Positions 37,218-49,887 are shown, numbered from the stretch's first letter. The stretch is 64,000 nt of DNA from Octopus bimaculoides (GCF_001194135.2 NC_068984.1:122159435-122223434), one strand, 5' to 3'. A program made the numbers and translations. Notes: generated by a model from the sequence alone, not told the origin.

Positions 37218-39820
37218 AATATTAATAAAATCTTGGGCCGCAGCCCCTCTTTATTAATGAGAAGACAATTAAGAATTTGCATGCATATGATTCTTCTTTA
37301 TTTGTCATGAAGTTAAACAAGTTAAAACTTCTTAAGTTTTATTAAACATGGCAACTTGTTTAAACCTATCTCTCAATATTCACAGTCCCCTCCTTAACAG
37401 AACTACCTACTCGTTAAATTACCGTCAAAGTGACATTGTTCTACAGACGTATATCCTTTAACGAAGCTGGACCTTTGAATTACAGATTCGTCAGTGGGAC
37501 CTTCAAACGGACTTCAACAGTTTTCTGTCTACCAGATATCACTTACAAAATTTGGGTCGATACGAGGCAAAAAAAAGAAAAGGTCTTGCCTAAGATATCA
37601 CAATGAGATCGTAACTGGGACCTCATGATTTTAAAGCATACTTTGTAACCACTCGGCCAAAGTGACATCTCTCACACATGCACCCACTTTTATACAGTTA
37701 CTAAAAAATATGCCCTTAAAATGAAGACTATGACAAAATATTACCGTACTGCATTTACTATATAATAAATATGTATTCACTATTCAGCACTCGCGATGTA
37801 AGATCTAACATTTTATTTTGCATTATTTTAAATACTTTTTCTAATTTTAAAATTTCTTTATTGCTTTGCAGCCACGTGGTTTTGAGTTCAGTCCCACTGC
37901 ACGGCACCTTGAACAAGTGTTTTCTACTATAGCTTCAGTGCCTTGTGAGTGAATTTGGTAGACGGTAACTGTGAGGAAGCCTATCATGTATTTATACGTG
38001 TGTATGTGTGTGTGTGTGTTGTATTTGTTCAACATTCACCCACCACTTAATAACCGCTGTTGTTTACGTCCTTGTAACTTAGCGTTTCGGCAAAAGCAAC
38101 CAATCGAATAAATACTGGAATTGATATGTTCGACAAAACCCATCAAAGCGGGACCCCAGCATGGCCGCAGTCCAATGACTGAAATAAGTAAAAAAAAAAA
38201 ATGAAGATAATAAAGTGATACTATACTGTATTTATATATATTGTATTCCCTTTGTGTATAAAATAAATGCATTAAAAAATTTTATTTGACAATGGAAAAT
38301 TCATAACAATAGTATCTCAAATCTCCAAGATCATTTAGAAACTTTACAACAAACTTCGCTTGAATTAGCTCATATGGGCGCCCAAAAGGCAACGAATAAA
38401 AATATGTTCATTGAGTTACGACTGGCGGCCATATTGTCTCGTCGGAACATTATATCTGCAAGTCAGAAGCTAACTGAGTATTTCCTGATGATTTGGGAAG
38501 ATTGATTCAAGTGTATTTATAATAAATTTGTTTAATCAAATCCTTAGTGAATACTTACTGTTTAATATTGGTTTAAGAATATTGATTTTCACTGAAGTAT
38601 ATGCATTTTTAAACTAATCAACCATATGTCTTGTTCTGATTCTGTCCTCAACCCAAATATTATGTAATCCATTTTGCTAAAGATAAATATACTATAGTAA
38701 AAAGATTTTCCTATGTCAGAATTAAGCAATACACACACACACACAAATGTTGGTAAACAGGATTACTTCAGTATACCTATATGTTTTGTATGATTGATTT
38801 TAATACATAATTTTTTTTCCTTTCTTATCAAGTATACCCACTTTATTATGTGTGTATGTTCATGCATGCATGTGTGCTATACTGCACAAATAGCATTTAT
38901 TAGAAAATCTAAGATACATCAGTTTCTAATGCCTACTCTATAGAAAATAAACAAATGTAAATACATCTTATTCTCTTCATGACATGTTTCATGGCTGATT
39001 GGCCATTTTTCAAAGGATACAAACTGAACCAAAAAGAAAGCTTAATATCAGTTGCTATTAAAATCAAATACTAAGACTGAAATGGCTAAACTAATTTACG
39101 TATCTAGCATTTGTCAGTGACATGATGAAATATTTAATAAAATATTTTGTGCACAAGCACCAGGGTTGGTTTAAAGAGGATGCCCTCCTGTATCAGGGCA
39201 TTATTTTCTCACAGCTTACCAGAATGACAGTTTATTCCAAATTAAGATTTACAAGACTACCTAGGCTAAGCTTTGGCATAAACAAGACTCACAGCACAGA
39301 AAAAAAGGCAGATGAGATTTAGCTCTATACAGACAACAACAATCTGGTGCTTTGAAAGCTTTTTATAGCCCACAAGTTTTAGGCTCATCTCTTCTGCTGA
39401 GTTCTGACAAATTGGCACCGAAAAAGACAAAGTGATGTTCCTTGAAAGATGGGCTAAGTATTACCTAAACATTGTGAACTGCATCTCCTCAGTTAATGAT
39501 GCTCCAAAAACTCACTTTCTCCAAGTAGGGATCACCATGAACTTCCTAATTAGGGCAAAAAAAAAAAAAACGGGTATCTTGTCCATTGAGCTCTTCCACT
39601 CAAGAGGAAGATATTCTACAGAATTCAAAGATGCTTCAAAAGTTCAACTCTACAAGAAGAAAGGAAATCATCAATCCATGAAACATATCTCTATTTTCTC
39701 AATAATTGGGAAGATATTTGTTTAATAGTTGTGAGCTGGTTGTTTATCTATCTTCAACATGGTCTTCTGTCTGAGAGCCAATGCAGTTTTAGAAAGAGTC
39801 ATAGTACTATTAATCTGGTG

Positions 39821-40137
39821 AAGTAGTTGTATGCTGTCAACTTAATGTGACAGTCCCTTGAAGGGAATAATGCTACTGTTGGTTAGACCTAGGAAGCTGC
39901 ACCTGTTTACAAGGGGGAGACAAGCACCTCCACCCAGCTAATCCTGCATCCAGAGACATGTTTCTGAGTCTTTGCACGTCATCAGTCTGGAGTAGAATGA
40001 CCTGCTAGTCGAAGATGCCCATCAAGCTCTTGTAAACATATAATAATTCTAGTGAAACACATTCACTGATTTCAAATTTAGAAATAATACATTTCTAAAT
40101 CTCTCAGAGAGATTTAGAAATGTATTATTTCTAAAAA
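39821..40137 (-). mobile_element. 317-bp hammerhead-bearing insertion flanked by 12-bp TSD, inside an RTE LINE
   Basis: ATTAATCTGGTG at 39809-39820 and 40138-40149; RTE frame resumes after it; contains a perfect 29-bp inverted repeat 40077-40135. Confidence 0.75.
39949..39991 (-). ncRNA. Hammerhead family 4 (canonical core, damaged stem II)
   Basis: Minus strand: 6-bp stem I UCCAGA/UCUGGA, CUGAUGA, GAA, palindromic ACAUGU, canonical GUC site; stem II only GU/AC. Confidence 0.6.
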
Positions 40138-43100
40138 ATTAATCTGGTGTTTGCAATATACCATCTTCAGAAGTGTTAAGAACAGCATTACAATCTTCAC
40201 ACAGTTTATGGCGATACTCGAATTTACAAACCACATTAAACAAAGTTGTGTACTAGTGCCTGTTTTTTTAGCATAATATTTTCTGTCATGCTGATTAATG
40301 TCTTCTAGAACTATGAAGATGGCTTTGCCTTACACTATCACTCAGATGGCAGTTCTTCAACTGAATGAAACTCCCTGGTGAAACCAAAGGGAAAGAGCAT
40401 ATAATGTATGAAGTCCTGTTTACAGATGAATATCTTCACAATCAGAAATGCAGCAAAACATGAACAAGTCATCTTCTGCCTATGATGATTTCAGTCTCAT
40501 CAACACAAAGACAACCACTCCACACAAGAAATATGTGGGGCCTAAATTTGCAGTGAAGTTCACATACCTTGGCAGCACCCTTTTCAAATCTCACCCAAAT
40601 CAACAAGTAATCAATTATAGAATTTCCAAAACTAGTATTCTCTGCAGTAGACTACACAAGGAGAAGGAACTATGCCTCCAAATCAAGTTAAGGTTCTACT
40701 GAGTTGTGGTTCTGCTAACTTTGCTGCATGCCAATGAGATGTAGTCTGTTAACAGTATGCACACCAAAAAGCTAAACAAATTTCTTCTGCCTGAGCAACT
40801 TGCAGAAAATGATGCTTATTCAGTGGCAGGATAGTGTATTCAGTAGTGAGATCCCTATGTGCACAGGCTTGACCAGCTTCTACAGAATCCAACTGGTTCA
40901 ATAAAATTAAGAGAATGGGCACAAGTACTTTCTGAAATGTCTTTTCTACAGCTAAATTCATTGGAGGAAAATGTTCAGTTAGTAGTTAGAGCAAGCACTT
41001 CAGTGATTCTCCCAAAGCCTTCCTAAAATCTTTCATTAACAATCCAAAGTCATAAAAGAAATTGACTCCTGAGAGATGTACATAGTACAGCCTCATATGG
41101 GAAGGTCACATAGCATCCAAGCAAACCAGGAAGCTATAAATATCCAAATCCATTGGGGAATTAGCACAGGATTCCAACAACACTTATTTAATGTCCAACA
41201 GAATGTTTCATGCTTATAATGGGGTTTGTCAATCACTATCAAACACATGGTGTCTTTTGAATCCAATAATGATGTGATGGTCATCATCCATATAGATGAA
41301 CAAGCAAAGAGGTGTTTGTACCTGTACTTATGCACATATATTTTCAATGAACCAACAAGGAAGCCTACATATGGTTGCTCCATCTGCTAGAAGTAGCAGT
41401 CAGGTCTTCCTAAATCATTCCCACCTTCTCAATAAAAAAAAAATGTTCTAGATACCCCTTCAAAGACAGGATGGTCTCAGCTGGAGTGCTTTTGATAATG
41501 AGTCTGCTGAATCAGGGTTGACTTGAAGCTGAGCCACTACTACTGATTTTTGTTGTTCATTAAATATTTGTACTAAATATTTTTTTTTTTTTTTTTTTGA
41601 TATTTCACCATCTCTGTCAATCAACACGAATTTTAAAAATTCCTAAAGACTTTCATAATATTTCATGAGTAGACCAGCAAGGTCATCATCATAGCCAACT
41701 CAGAGGTTTCACTCACATGATTGTGATTTCTATTATTATTTTGAAATACAAAGTGTCAAGCTGGTAGAACCATTAGAGCATTGGGAAAAATACTTTCTTG
41801 TAGCTGGTCCAACTCTTTATATTCTGAGTTCAAATCCTGCTGAGGTCAATTTCACTTTTCATACTTTAACCCTTAGCAGTGCTCTGCAACCTTTTTACAC
41901 TTGCGGTACACTTAAATGATAATGATTAGACAAAGAAAAAGATGACGATGGAAATGTGACTATGAAGGTCTGGAATCATTGAATGTTGGTTTGGAAATTT
42001 TAATACTCCAAACTAATTTAAAAAAACTCAAGGAAAATCTAAAATGATAAAGACCTTACTCAAACATAGTCGTATCTTTAGTGAAGCATACATAAAATAT
42101 AACTGTTTCCATATATATATACATGCATATGTGTGTGTGCATGTATTTAAATGTTAGTGAGCTGTGAGATGAGTGTAAGAATGCAAACAAATTCATTCTC
42201 CGTTTTTGATGCATGGCAAATAAAGACAGCAAATCCCCCGACAGACCATAATGAAGGTTTTTCTGTGATTTCAGATAAGAAGTTGCTTATTTGATTCTTG
42301 AGTTCATTTACATCGACTCCATGATTTTTGATCTTGTGATTTTGAGTTTCATGTCACTGAAGATTGCAAGGGTGTGAAACTTGAGTTGTGAGGCAAAAAT
42401 TCAGTTTCAATAAAGCATATACTCTACAACATGTACAAGTATTCAGCACTCCCTTCTGGTTTGCTTGACACAATTCAACATTCATGTATGTGTTTGTATG
42501 AGTTTATATATGTATACACACACACACACATACATGTATATGGTATGGTTTTACAGTAGCAGTTGTAAAAATGTAAAAACCATAGCAAAGCAGACCTCAC
42601 CAGTGCTTGTGCCATGTAAAAAGCACCCAGCCCTCTCTGTAAAGAGGTTGGCATTAGGAAGAGCATCCAGCCATAAAAACCTTCCCAATGTAGACCTTGC
42701 CAGTGCTCATGCCACATAAAAAGGCAACTAGCTCACTCTGTGAAGTGGTTGGCATTAAGAAGGGCATCCAGCTGTAAAAACCATGCCAAAGCAGACAGAG
42801 GAGCCTAGTGCAGTCCTCTGGCTTGCCCGCTCCAGTTAAACTATCTAACCCATGCCAACATGGAAGACAGACATTAAACAATGATGATATACATGTCTGT
42901 GTGTGTGTGTATGTATGTCATATATCATATATCATTGCATTTGTTACTTGTCTTTTCTCCAGGGAGTAGAGTCTAAGCATTTTCAGCATTGCTCACTACC
43001 TGATTTCTTACATTGAATCAATTTTAGTAAAGCAAAATTGGATTGTTTGCAGTTCTATAGTTAGTTTAACACTATGTGGCAACAGTAGTTGGGAACAATA

Positions 43101-43824
43101 GTCTAGTCAGCTGAGATCAAATGGCTTACACAGGACCAACATTGTTTCTTATTGTCTCATTTTGTATTAGTCAAGAATCCACCATGCTAGTCATACATCT
43201 GTACCTTGCAGCTGTTTTTATAATATATGGATGAGGCAATGTGTTGTTACTTATTTTGGTTTCAAATTTTGACACAAGGCCAACAATTTCGGGGAAGGGT
43301 AAGTCAATTACATTGACCCCACTGAGTCCAGCTGCTACTTATTTTATTGCCCCCAAAGAGATGAAAGGCAAAGTCAACGTCAGCAGAATTTGAACTCAGA
43401 ACATAAAGATGGATGAAATGCTGTTAAACATTTTGCCTTTCATGCTAATGATTCTGCCAGCTTGCCACCTTAATCATGAATTATATTGACCATGAAGTCA
43501 TGCACTGATGATGATTCTGGAACTGTAGTTGTATTTGCAGGGCAGCAGAAAATTTCCAGCATTCGATTGTTTGTTATCTTCATGCTACTCATTTGTATGT
43601 TGCATTTAGACCTTCTTGTAGATTTGCAAAGACCACTATGTTTCATGATTGCTTTTGATATCATCGTGTCATCAGCAGAACATGTGAATATGAATGTGAG
43701 CATGTTTATGAGAATGCATTTACATTTAAGTCACTGATGATGTTGTTGGAGTACCATAGCATTGCATCTCATGAAATACAAATAAAATTAGTACCAAATT
43801 AGAAAAAAGAAAATTTCTCAACAG

Positions 43825-44100
43825 TCATGATGAGATTTTGTTCCACCACGGTGTGCAGGATGTCCTCATCAAGCTCTACAGATCTTTCAGGATGACACTC
43901 GTCTTCTAGGCTGTAGTTTCCAGCTCAGAATTTCTGGAACTACCAGAAGCGTATGCTTATTGTCCAATTCTCATATACTGAATTAATATTCCTTGCACTT
44001 TCTGTTGCATTATTGCCTTTATTGAACTCATAAAGCAAAATATGCCAAATATGCTCCTTTGTCACTTCCATTATGACTTTGAAAAAATAACTTAAAATCG
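43825..44100 (-). mobile_element. Mariner transposase N-terminal fragment
   Basis: MEVTKEHIWHILLYEFNKGNNATESARNINSVY...GNYSLEDE. Confidence 0.75.
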
Positions 44101-44786
44101 AAGTGCACTCTTCAAAACTTGCACTAGGAGTAAGTACAAGGTAAAATTACTACCTGTTTTTTTAACAAGTTTCTTCTTCCGACATTGAGTTAGTGCAATT
44201 GAAAAAACAGCATTATTTACGGGATGAGCCAATATATATATATATATATATATATTTATGTATCTATATACACACACATATATATACATATACACATATA
44301 TATTTATATTCATATATATATATATATATCTTGTTTCAGTCATTTGGCTGCAGCCATACTGGAGCACCACCTTGAAGGGTTTTAGTTGAACAAATCAACC
44401 TGACTTATTTTTTTAGACCCAAGTACTTATTCTGTAGGTAACTTTTGCCGAAACATTAAGTTACAGGGACGTAAATACACGAACATCGGTTGTCAAGCAG
44501 TGAGGCGGAGCCCTCAGACACACACACATAGATACATATATACATATAACAGGCTTCGTTTAGTTTCCGTATACCAAATCCACTCACAAGGCTTTGGTCA
44601 GCCCGAACTTATAGGAGACACTTGCCTAAGGTGCCACGCAGTGAGACTGAACCCGGAATCTTGTGGTTGGGAAGCAAGTTTCTTACTACACAGCCATGTC
44701 GATAATGATAGAGAGAGGAGAGAGAGAAATACTGTTATTTATAAATCTTTCTGAGAGATATTCAGTAACAGTACTTTAAATTAAAA

Positions 44787-45004
44787 ACTATTTGCCGGCA
44801 TAATGTGGTAGTCCTGGATGGGACGAATGTTACTATTATTAGGCCCCAGGAAACGTCGTTTCCAGCTGGCTATGCGACACAATGTTCGAAAATATAAGGA
44901 CACAGATATTGTGTCGTATAGCCAGCTGGAAACGACGTTTCCTGGGGCTAAACAAAAGTAACATTCGTCCTATCCAGTACTACCACATTATGTTGGCAAA
45001 TAGT
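44787..45004. mobile_element. Foldback MITE (~95-bp arms)
   Basis: ACTATTTGCC..ATAATGTGGTAGT..GGACGAATGTTAC..CCCAGGAAACGTCGTTTCCAGCTGGCTAT and near-perfect reverse complement. Confidence 0.85.
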
Positions 45005-45007
45005 CTT

Positions 45008-45050
<43 letters not shown>

Positions 45051-45891
45051 TACACACGGACAGTGTGTGAGACAGAATGATCATAGTACTGCTTACTATT
45101 CATAAAAATCACATAAATCATATTGATGGGAAATAATGAAGTCCTCGCACTGTTGATAAGTATTGTGAAAAAGTCGATGCAAAACCTGTTATGACGAAGC
45201 TGCAAAAACGTCTGTCTGTTTCAGTGCAGTCGGTTGTCAGTTCAAACCTCTCACAGGATGATTATGGTTTTGCGTAGTGTGAACATGTTGATGCTTTTCT
45301 AAACAACTGATTCGTGAATAAAACGTGTCTCTGACTGTTGCATGACATTAAAAAATATGTACTCTGTTGTCGCTACTGTGCATTTACTACTGATAAAGCA
45401 AAATTACAACCAGAGGCGTTCCGGCCGTGACAATTCCATCTAATTCCCCCCTACATCCAATTATGAAACTAGAACTACAGTATACAATATGTTACTATTA
45501 ATCTCTTTTTTTTTTTTTAACAGTGTAGCGTGTAGCTTGGTGACTTGCTGCTATTTCTAGTTCGAATTGATGCGCAGATACATTATTAGATATGTTGAGA
45601 AAAAATAAATGAAGGGAAACGGTAAGGAAAGAATCTAAGTGGATGAAGCAGGTCGGGAAACACTCCCAAGTCCTTATCGTCAGTAAGATGATCGATGTGA
45701 AGGAATTCCAAAGCATCACGTCTGGGAGATGACATGACCGGGAGGTTAAAAAAATTAGTACCTGTAATATATTACGGTCCATTTTGTTGACTATGCCTCT
45801 AGAAAATGGCAAAGCAAATTAATATATTTTAATGTCGCCGTTTAATGAAAATCTTTCCAGCATTATATATATAATGCTGGAAAAATATACG

Positions 45892-45979
<88 letters not shown>

Positions 45980-47625
45980 TCGTCTATTATATATACATCA
46001 AATGTACCTATATCTTGGTATGTATATACGTGTCTCATTATATATGTGTATCCTTTATCACACGTATATAAGGGGGCATATATATTTGAAGGCAGGGAGA
46101 GGGTAATTAATCCGAAGTTGTGTTGTACTATTGATGAAAGAGAATAGGTGGTGAACAAAGTGTATAAATTATTCAGTTACATGTCAGCATGTAAAGGCTT
46201 TTTGTGGATAACAAGAAATAACGCCAGGATATGTATGGAGAAATCTCGTTGGCGAAAAGGCGGAAGCAGCCGCTTCTGTATCATTGCGTTCATATCCGGC
46301 GGAGTGCACCTCACTAGTAAGTCTAGTAAGTCAGATGACTTGGTGTAGAAATATAGGTCTTTTAAAAATCAAAAATTTACACTAAATACAACGTGGAATT
46401 GAAAAATTTTCCCGAGAAAAATTTATACCATCTGAATTTTCGGAATTGTTAATGAATTATGTATGTGTATAACGACTGATTCTAAAAATAGATGTAAAAG
46501 CTTACTAACTTCCCCCCATTCCCCGTCACTGTTTCTAGCGAGCGTCGTCTTGTACGAGTTGAGCTGACGGACTAATTCCAATGTCTGGCCGCCATACTGC
46601 TGTGTAGAGGAAGATATTTCACTATCAAAGTTGTTTGTTTCTCTCTTCATTATGGTTGTTCATTTATGTGCATTTCGATTTTATATAAATCGTGAATACA
46701 TTCTTTGACGGAAGCACTATGCATTTATCTGTTTGCTTTGTGGTAGTGCAGAAATATTATTCTGGCGTTTTGGAGACGACTGCTACAACAACTCCTGCTG
46801 GACGTCATATTACTATTTGGACGGATCTGTAAAATATCTTTTGTTTTTGTTTGTAATTACTTGTGTTCTTTACCATTTAAGACAAAAAAAAAATACAGCG
46901 AAAGAAACTCATACTGATTGGGAAGTATCTGGAAAACAATTCCATTTTTATAACTTCTTTTAATTTAAAGAAAAAAGCTGAGAGAAAAAAAATCATTTCC
47001 ACTCAGTGAAAAAAGTGCTATGCATAACGGATTTTTGTCGGATCCATTTCTGAGCGAGAAGGATGTGGCTTTATTTTGAATATTCCTACAATGTTTGCTG
47101 CTGCTGTCATTATTACAATCACAGCAATAATTCCATTGGAAAAAAGGGAAAAGCTGGGAGCATTGCAATTTTTTTGAAGGACTCTTCTCGCACGAACTGT
47201 GGCTAACCTTAGCTTTATTGTTCTTAGTTTTTTTTTGTGTGTGTGTATGTGTGTGTGATTGTTGTTGTGGAAGTGAGAAGTGTGGATTTTTACTGATTTT
47301 TCTAGTCTGAAAAAAGAAAAAAAATACAAAAAAAACCATTCGTAATCTACATCTTTTGCACACTGGTGATAAACATGTGTACTGAAGAAAGATGTTTGAT
47401 TACTACTGTGCCTCTGTTCTCAATACTGTTAGCAATTGGCCTTTACTAATGGAAATACATGTTTTCTTTGAGATTCATTAAGGTTAAAGCTAATTCTTAA
47501 GGGCTTTCTTTTTATTCTCTCTCTATTCCTTCTCTCTCTCTCTCTCTCTCTCTCTCTGTTCTTTCTCTAATTATACGGCTATATCTACATTAGCAATATA
47601 GTTTTATATTTATACATATAATTAG

Positions 47626-47639
47626 TCTTCCCTGTTTAG
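47626..47639 (+). promoter_or_regulatory. Possible splice acceptor just upstream of the WNK ATG (implies an upstream 5'UTR exon)
   Basis: tcttccctgtttAG 8 nt before the ATG at 47648. Confidence 0.4.
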
Positions 47640-47647
47640 TTGTAAAC

Positions 47648-48634
47648 ATGCATAAAAGTAAAGCCGCTGTCAACGGCGAAATTCGAGAGTCAATCAGCCC
47701 TACTGATAGGACTGTAAAGCAATCAACACATCCAAGGACACCCTCTAGATTTAGTCGAAAGACAACTGAGATGGGCACTAAATTTTCCCACCGGAAGTTA
47801 TCCGAAAGAGTTAGTAGACACCCAGCCGATCAAAACATTCATAACAACACAGGCAGTAGCACGTCGACACGTTTCAAAGTTGGCTTCAGGGATAAGAAAC
47901 AAGATAGTGCTAAGAGTGAAAGTAGACCTGTATCAAAAAAGACTCTATTTTGGAAACGTTTATCCCATCCTCTAGAACGTGAAGTTAGAGACCTAAGTGG
48001 AAACAGGGATAGATCTAGGAGTCTGCCAGACTGTACGTTAGACTCCGAACCTCCTCTGAACAGCAAAGAGAAGGCTGTTGATAAACCTAAAATTAGAACT
48101 AGTAGCTTAATAGATTTTAGACATTCTAAGAGTGTAAGTAGTGCTGATGAAAACAAAAGCGAAAAGGCTGAACTGAAAAAAGTTGATGTGGTTAGTGGTG
48201 AACAATCGGCTGTACGTAAGCCATCGGGTCTTATGAAGTCCAAAAAATGTTCATTAACCTTTGAAGATATGGATAAAAAGCCAGTCGTCCAAAACTCTGA
48301 GAGTAGTAGATACGCTCCCTACTTAACTGAAATGTCTCTAGATAGTGGATTCGCATCGGAGAAAGGTAAGAGTAAAGAACAGTCTATAAGTGACGTGGGT
48401 ATCGATGACGAGAGAAAAGAACTGGATAGTGAAAAAATTGCAGCTGAACTTCGAAAAGAAGATGAATCTGAAAATCTCAAAAAAGAGAAAGAAATTGAAG
48501 ACCGAGCCGTCTCGACATCCATATGCGGGAGATTCCTTAAATTTGATGTTGAAATAGGGCGTGGATCTTTTAAAACTGTTTACAAGGGACTTGATACAGA
48601 AACTGGAGTTTCTGTAGCTTGGTGTGAGCTTCAG
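47648..48634 (+). CDS. WNK1: WNK (with-no-lysine) Ser/Thr kinase, first coding exon (329 codons: disordered N-terminus plus start of kinase domain)
   Basis: Translation ends ...[46 protein letters not shown], the WNK signature with the catalytic Lys in [12 protein letters not shown]|GTAAGC donor follows WCELQ. The symbol indicates the WNK family, not one-to-one orthology. Confidence 0.95.
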
Positions 48635-48640
48635 GTAAGC
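48635..48640 (+). promoter_or_regulatory. 5' splice donor of WNK intron (phase 0)
   Basis: CAG|GTAAGC exactly where WNK similarity stops; the ORF read-through (VSMSSSF...) has no kinase similarity. Confidence 0.9.
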
Positions 48641-49510
48641 ATGTCTTCTTCTTTTCTAAATAGAACATTTGTGTGCATGTGTAGTGATGTAGTTCGAGAC
48701 TTGGTGGGTTCGATATCACATCAAACTATTATAAAACAAAATCCTTAGATTTATCAACGAATGAACGAAATTGATCAGACACTTTTATTTTTCAGTAATA
48801 AGGGACATTGCCCAACATTTAATGACAGAAGTATACATTCATGAATGTTTGTGAATATATATTAATATATCATTTTGCATCTTTGTTGCAGTAACTTTGA
48901 AATTAATGAAAAAATAGATGAAATTGAAGATCCTATTCTTGTGTTAAGAGTATATAATGTTACTTCCCCTTTTTGACGTGTTTTATTGTATTATTTTTGC
49001 TTTTATGCGAGAAAATATGGTACAATTGCCAGTTACATTTACAAACTAAATATTAATAGTAAAATAACTGATATGCAAATAGTATATATAATCTATAAGT
49101 CTATATTATTAACAACCATTGACAGAAATCAATTTAGCACAATTTTCACATCCAAGCTACCACTGGTTTCATGAATGAGACTGGAAAGGCAAAGGTTTAT
49201 CTTAGATTTGTCACGTCTGGTTGAATTACAAATTTCATCTCAGAATTGGACTCCAGATCATAAACGGTCTAATTTCCAGATGAAAGCATTGGTAGCCTGC
49301 ATATGAATAAAGGCGCTGTACTTATTACGAAGAGTGTGTGTGTGTGTGTGTATATATATTTAATATCTCATCATATGCTCCAGATTCAAAACGATGGCTT
49401 GCGTATTCTTAATACTTTCTGGTAGTTTCGAACGTGAATATGCTAATTATTAGTGTGTTCTTTATAACGGATACGTGTTCCTAACACACTTGATTCGTTA
49501 GTACAAGGGA

Positions 49511-49558
49511 TTCTGGGACAGCCGGTGTTTCGCCACCGTTGTGTCGCGTCAGCCAGAA
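49511..49558 (-). ncRNA. Hammerhead family 5, antisense in WNK intron
   Basis: Minus strand: stem I UUCUGG/CCAGAA, CUGACGC, stem II GACAC-AACG-GUGGC (1 mismatch), GAA, stem III ACA-CCGGC-UGU, GUC site. Confidence 0.6.
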
Positions 49559-49799
49559 GCACTCAGGATATATATATANNNNNNNNNNATACATACATAC
49601 ATACATACATACATACATACATACATACATACATACATACATACATACATACATACAGAGAGAGAGAGAGAGCAATGTTTCACAGAAAAGGAAAATTATA
49701 ATTGTTACTAAATGATTCCTAACACCCTAGTCACATTTAGTGACAATATTATATATATATATGCATACACACATATACTCAGTGTATGTATACAGTGTT

Positions 49800-49843
<44 letters not shown>

Positions 49844-49853
49844 NNNNNNNNNN

Positions 49854-49887
<34 letters not shown>

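Larger units (their letters stand above)
33750..38500. promoter_or_regulatory. Second CpG-retaining region, possible promoter of an unidentified gene; YY1-like GGCGGCCATATTG at 38424-38436
   Basis: Visually higher CpG density; YY1-like motif; strong minus-strand donor (GG|GTAAGT) at 34510-34517. Confidence 0.3.
39140..41312 (+). mobile_element. Heavily decayed second RTE (BovB/Expander-like) LINE
   Basis: KHQGWFKED, EFKDASKVQLYKKKGN..ISIFSIIGKIF, KFTYLGSTL, C-terminal C2H2-like remnant and 3' TGATGTGATGGTCATCATC end. Confidence 0.7.
44760..49560. promoter_or_regulatory. CpG-retaining region spanning the putative WNK promoter/5'UTR/first exon
   Basis: By eye, CG dinucleotides are much more frequent here than in the CpG-depleted flanks; not counted. 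Confidence 0.4.

Noticed and set aside
38470-38520. C/D-box snoRNA around TGATGA
   Set aside because: No downstream D box or terminal stem seen
48142-48170. CTGATGA...GAAA in the WNK exon as a hammerhead
   Set aside because: No stem II or stem III pairing; coding sequence
47839-48522. Antisense ORFs over the WNK exon
   Set aside because: Shadow ORFs of the coding strand; no recognisable product
48635-48748. C-terminal 37 aa of the 366-aa ORF
   Set aside because: Intron read-through past a strong donor at the conserved WNK intron position
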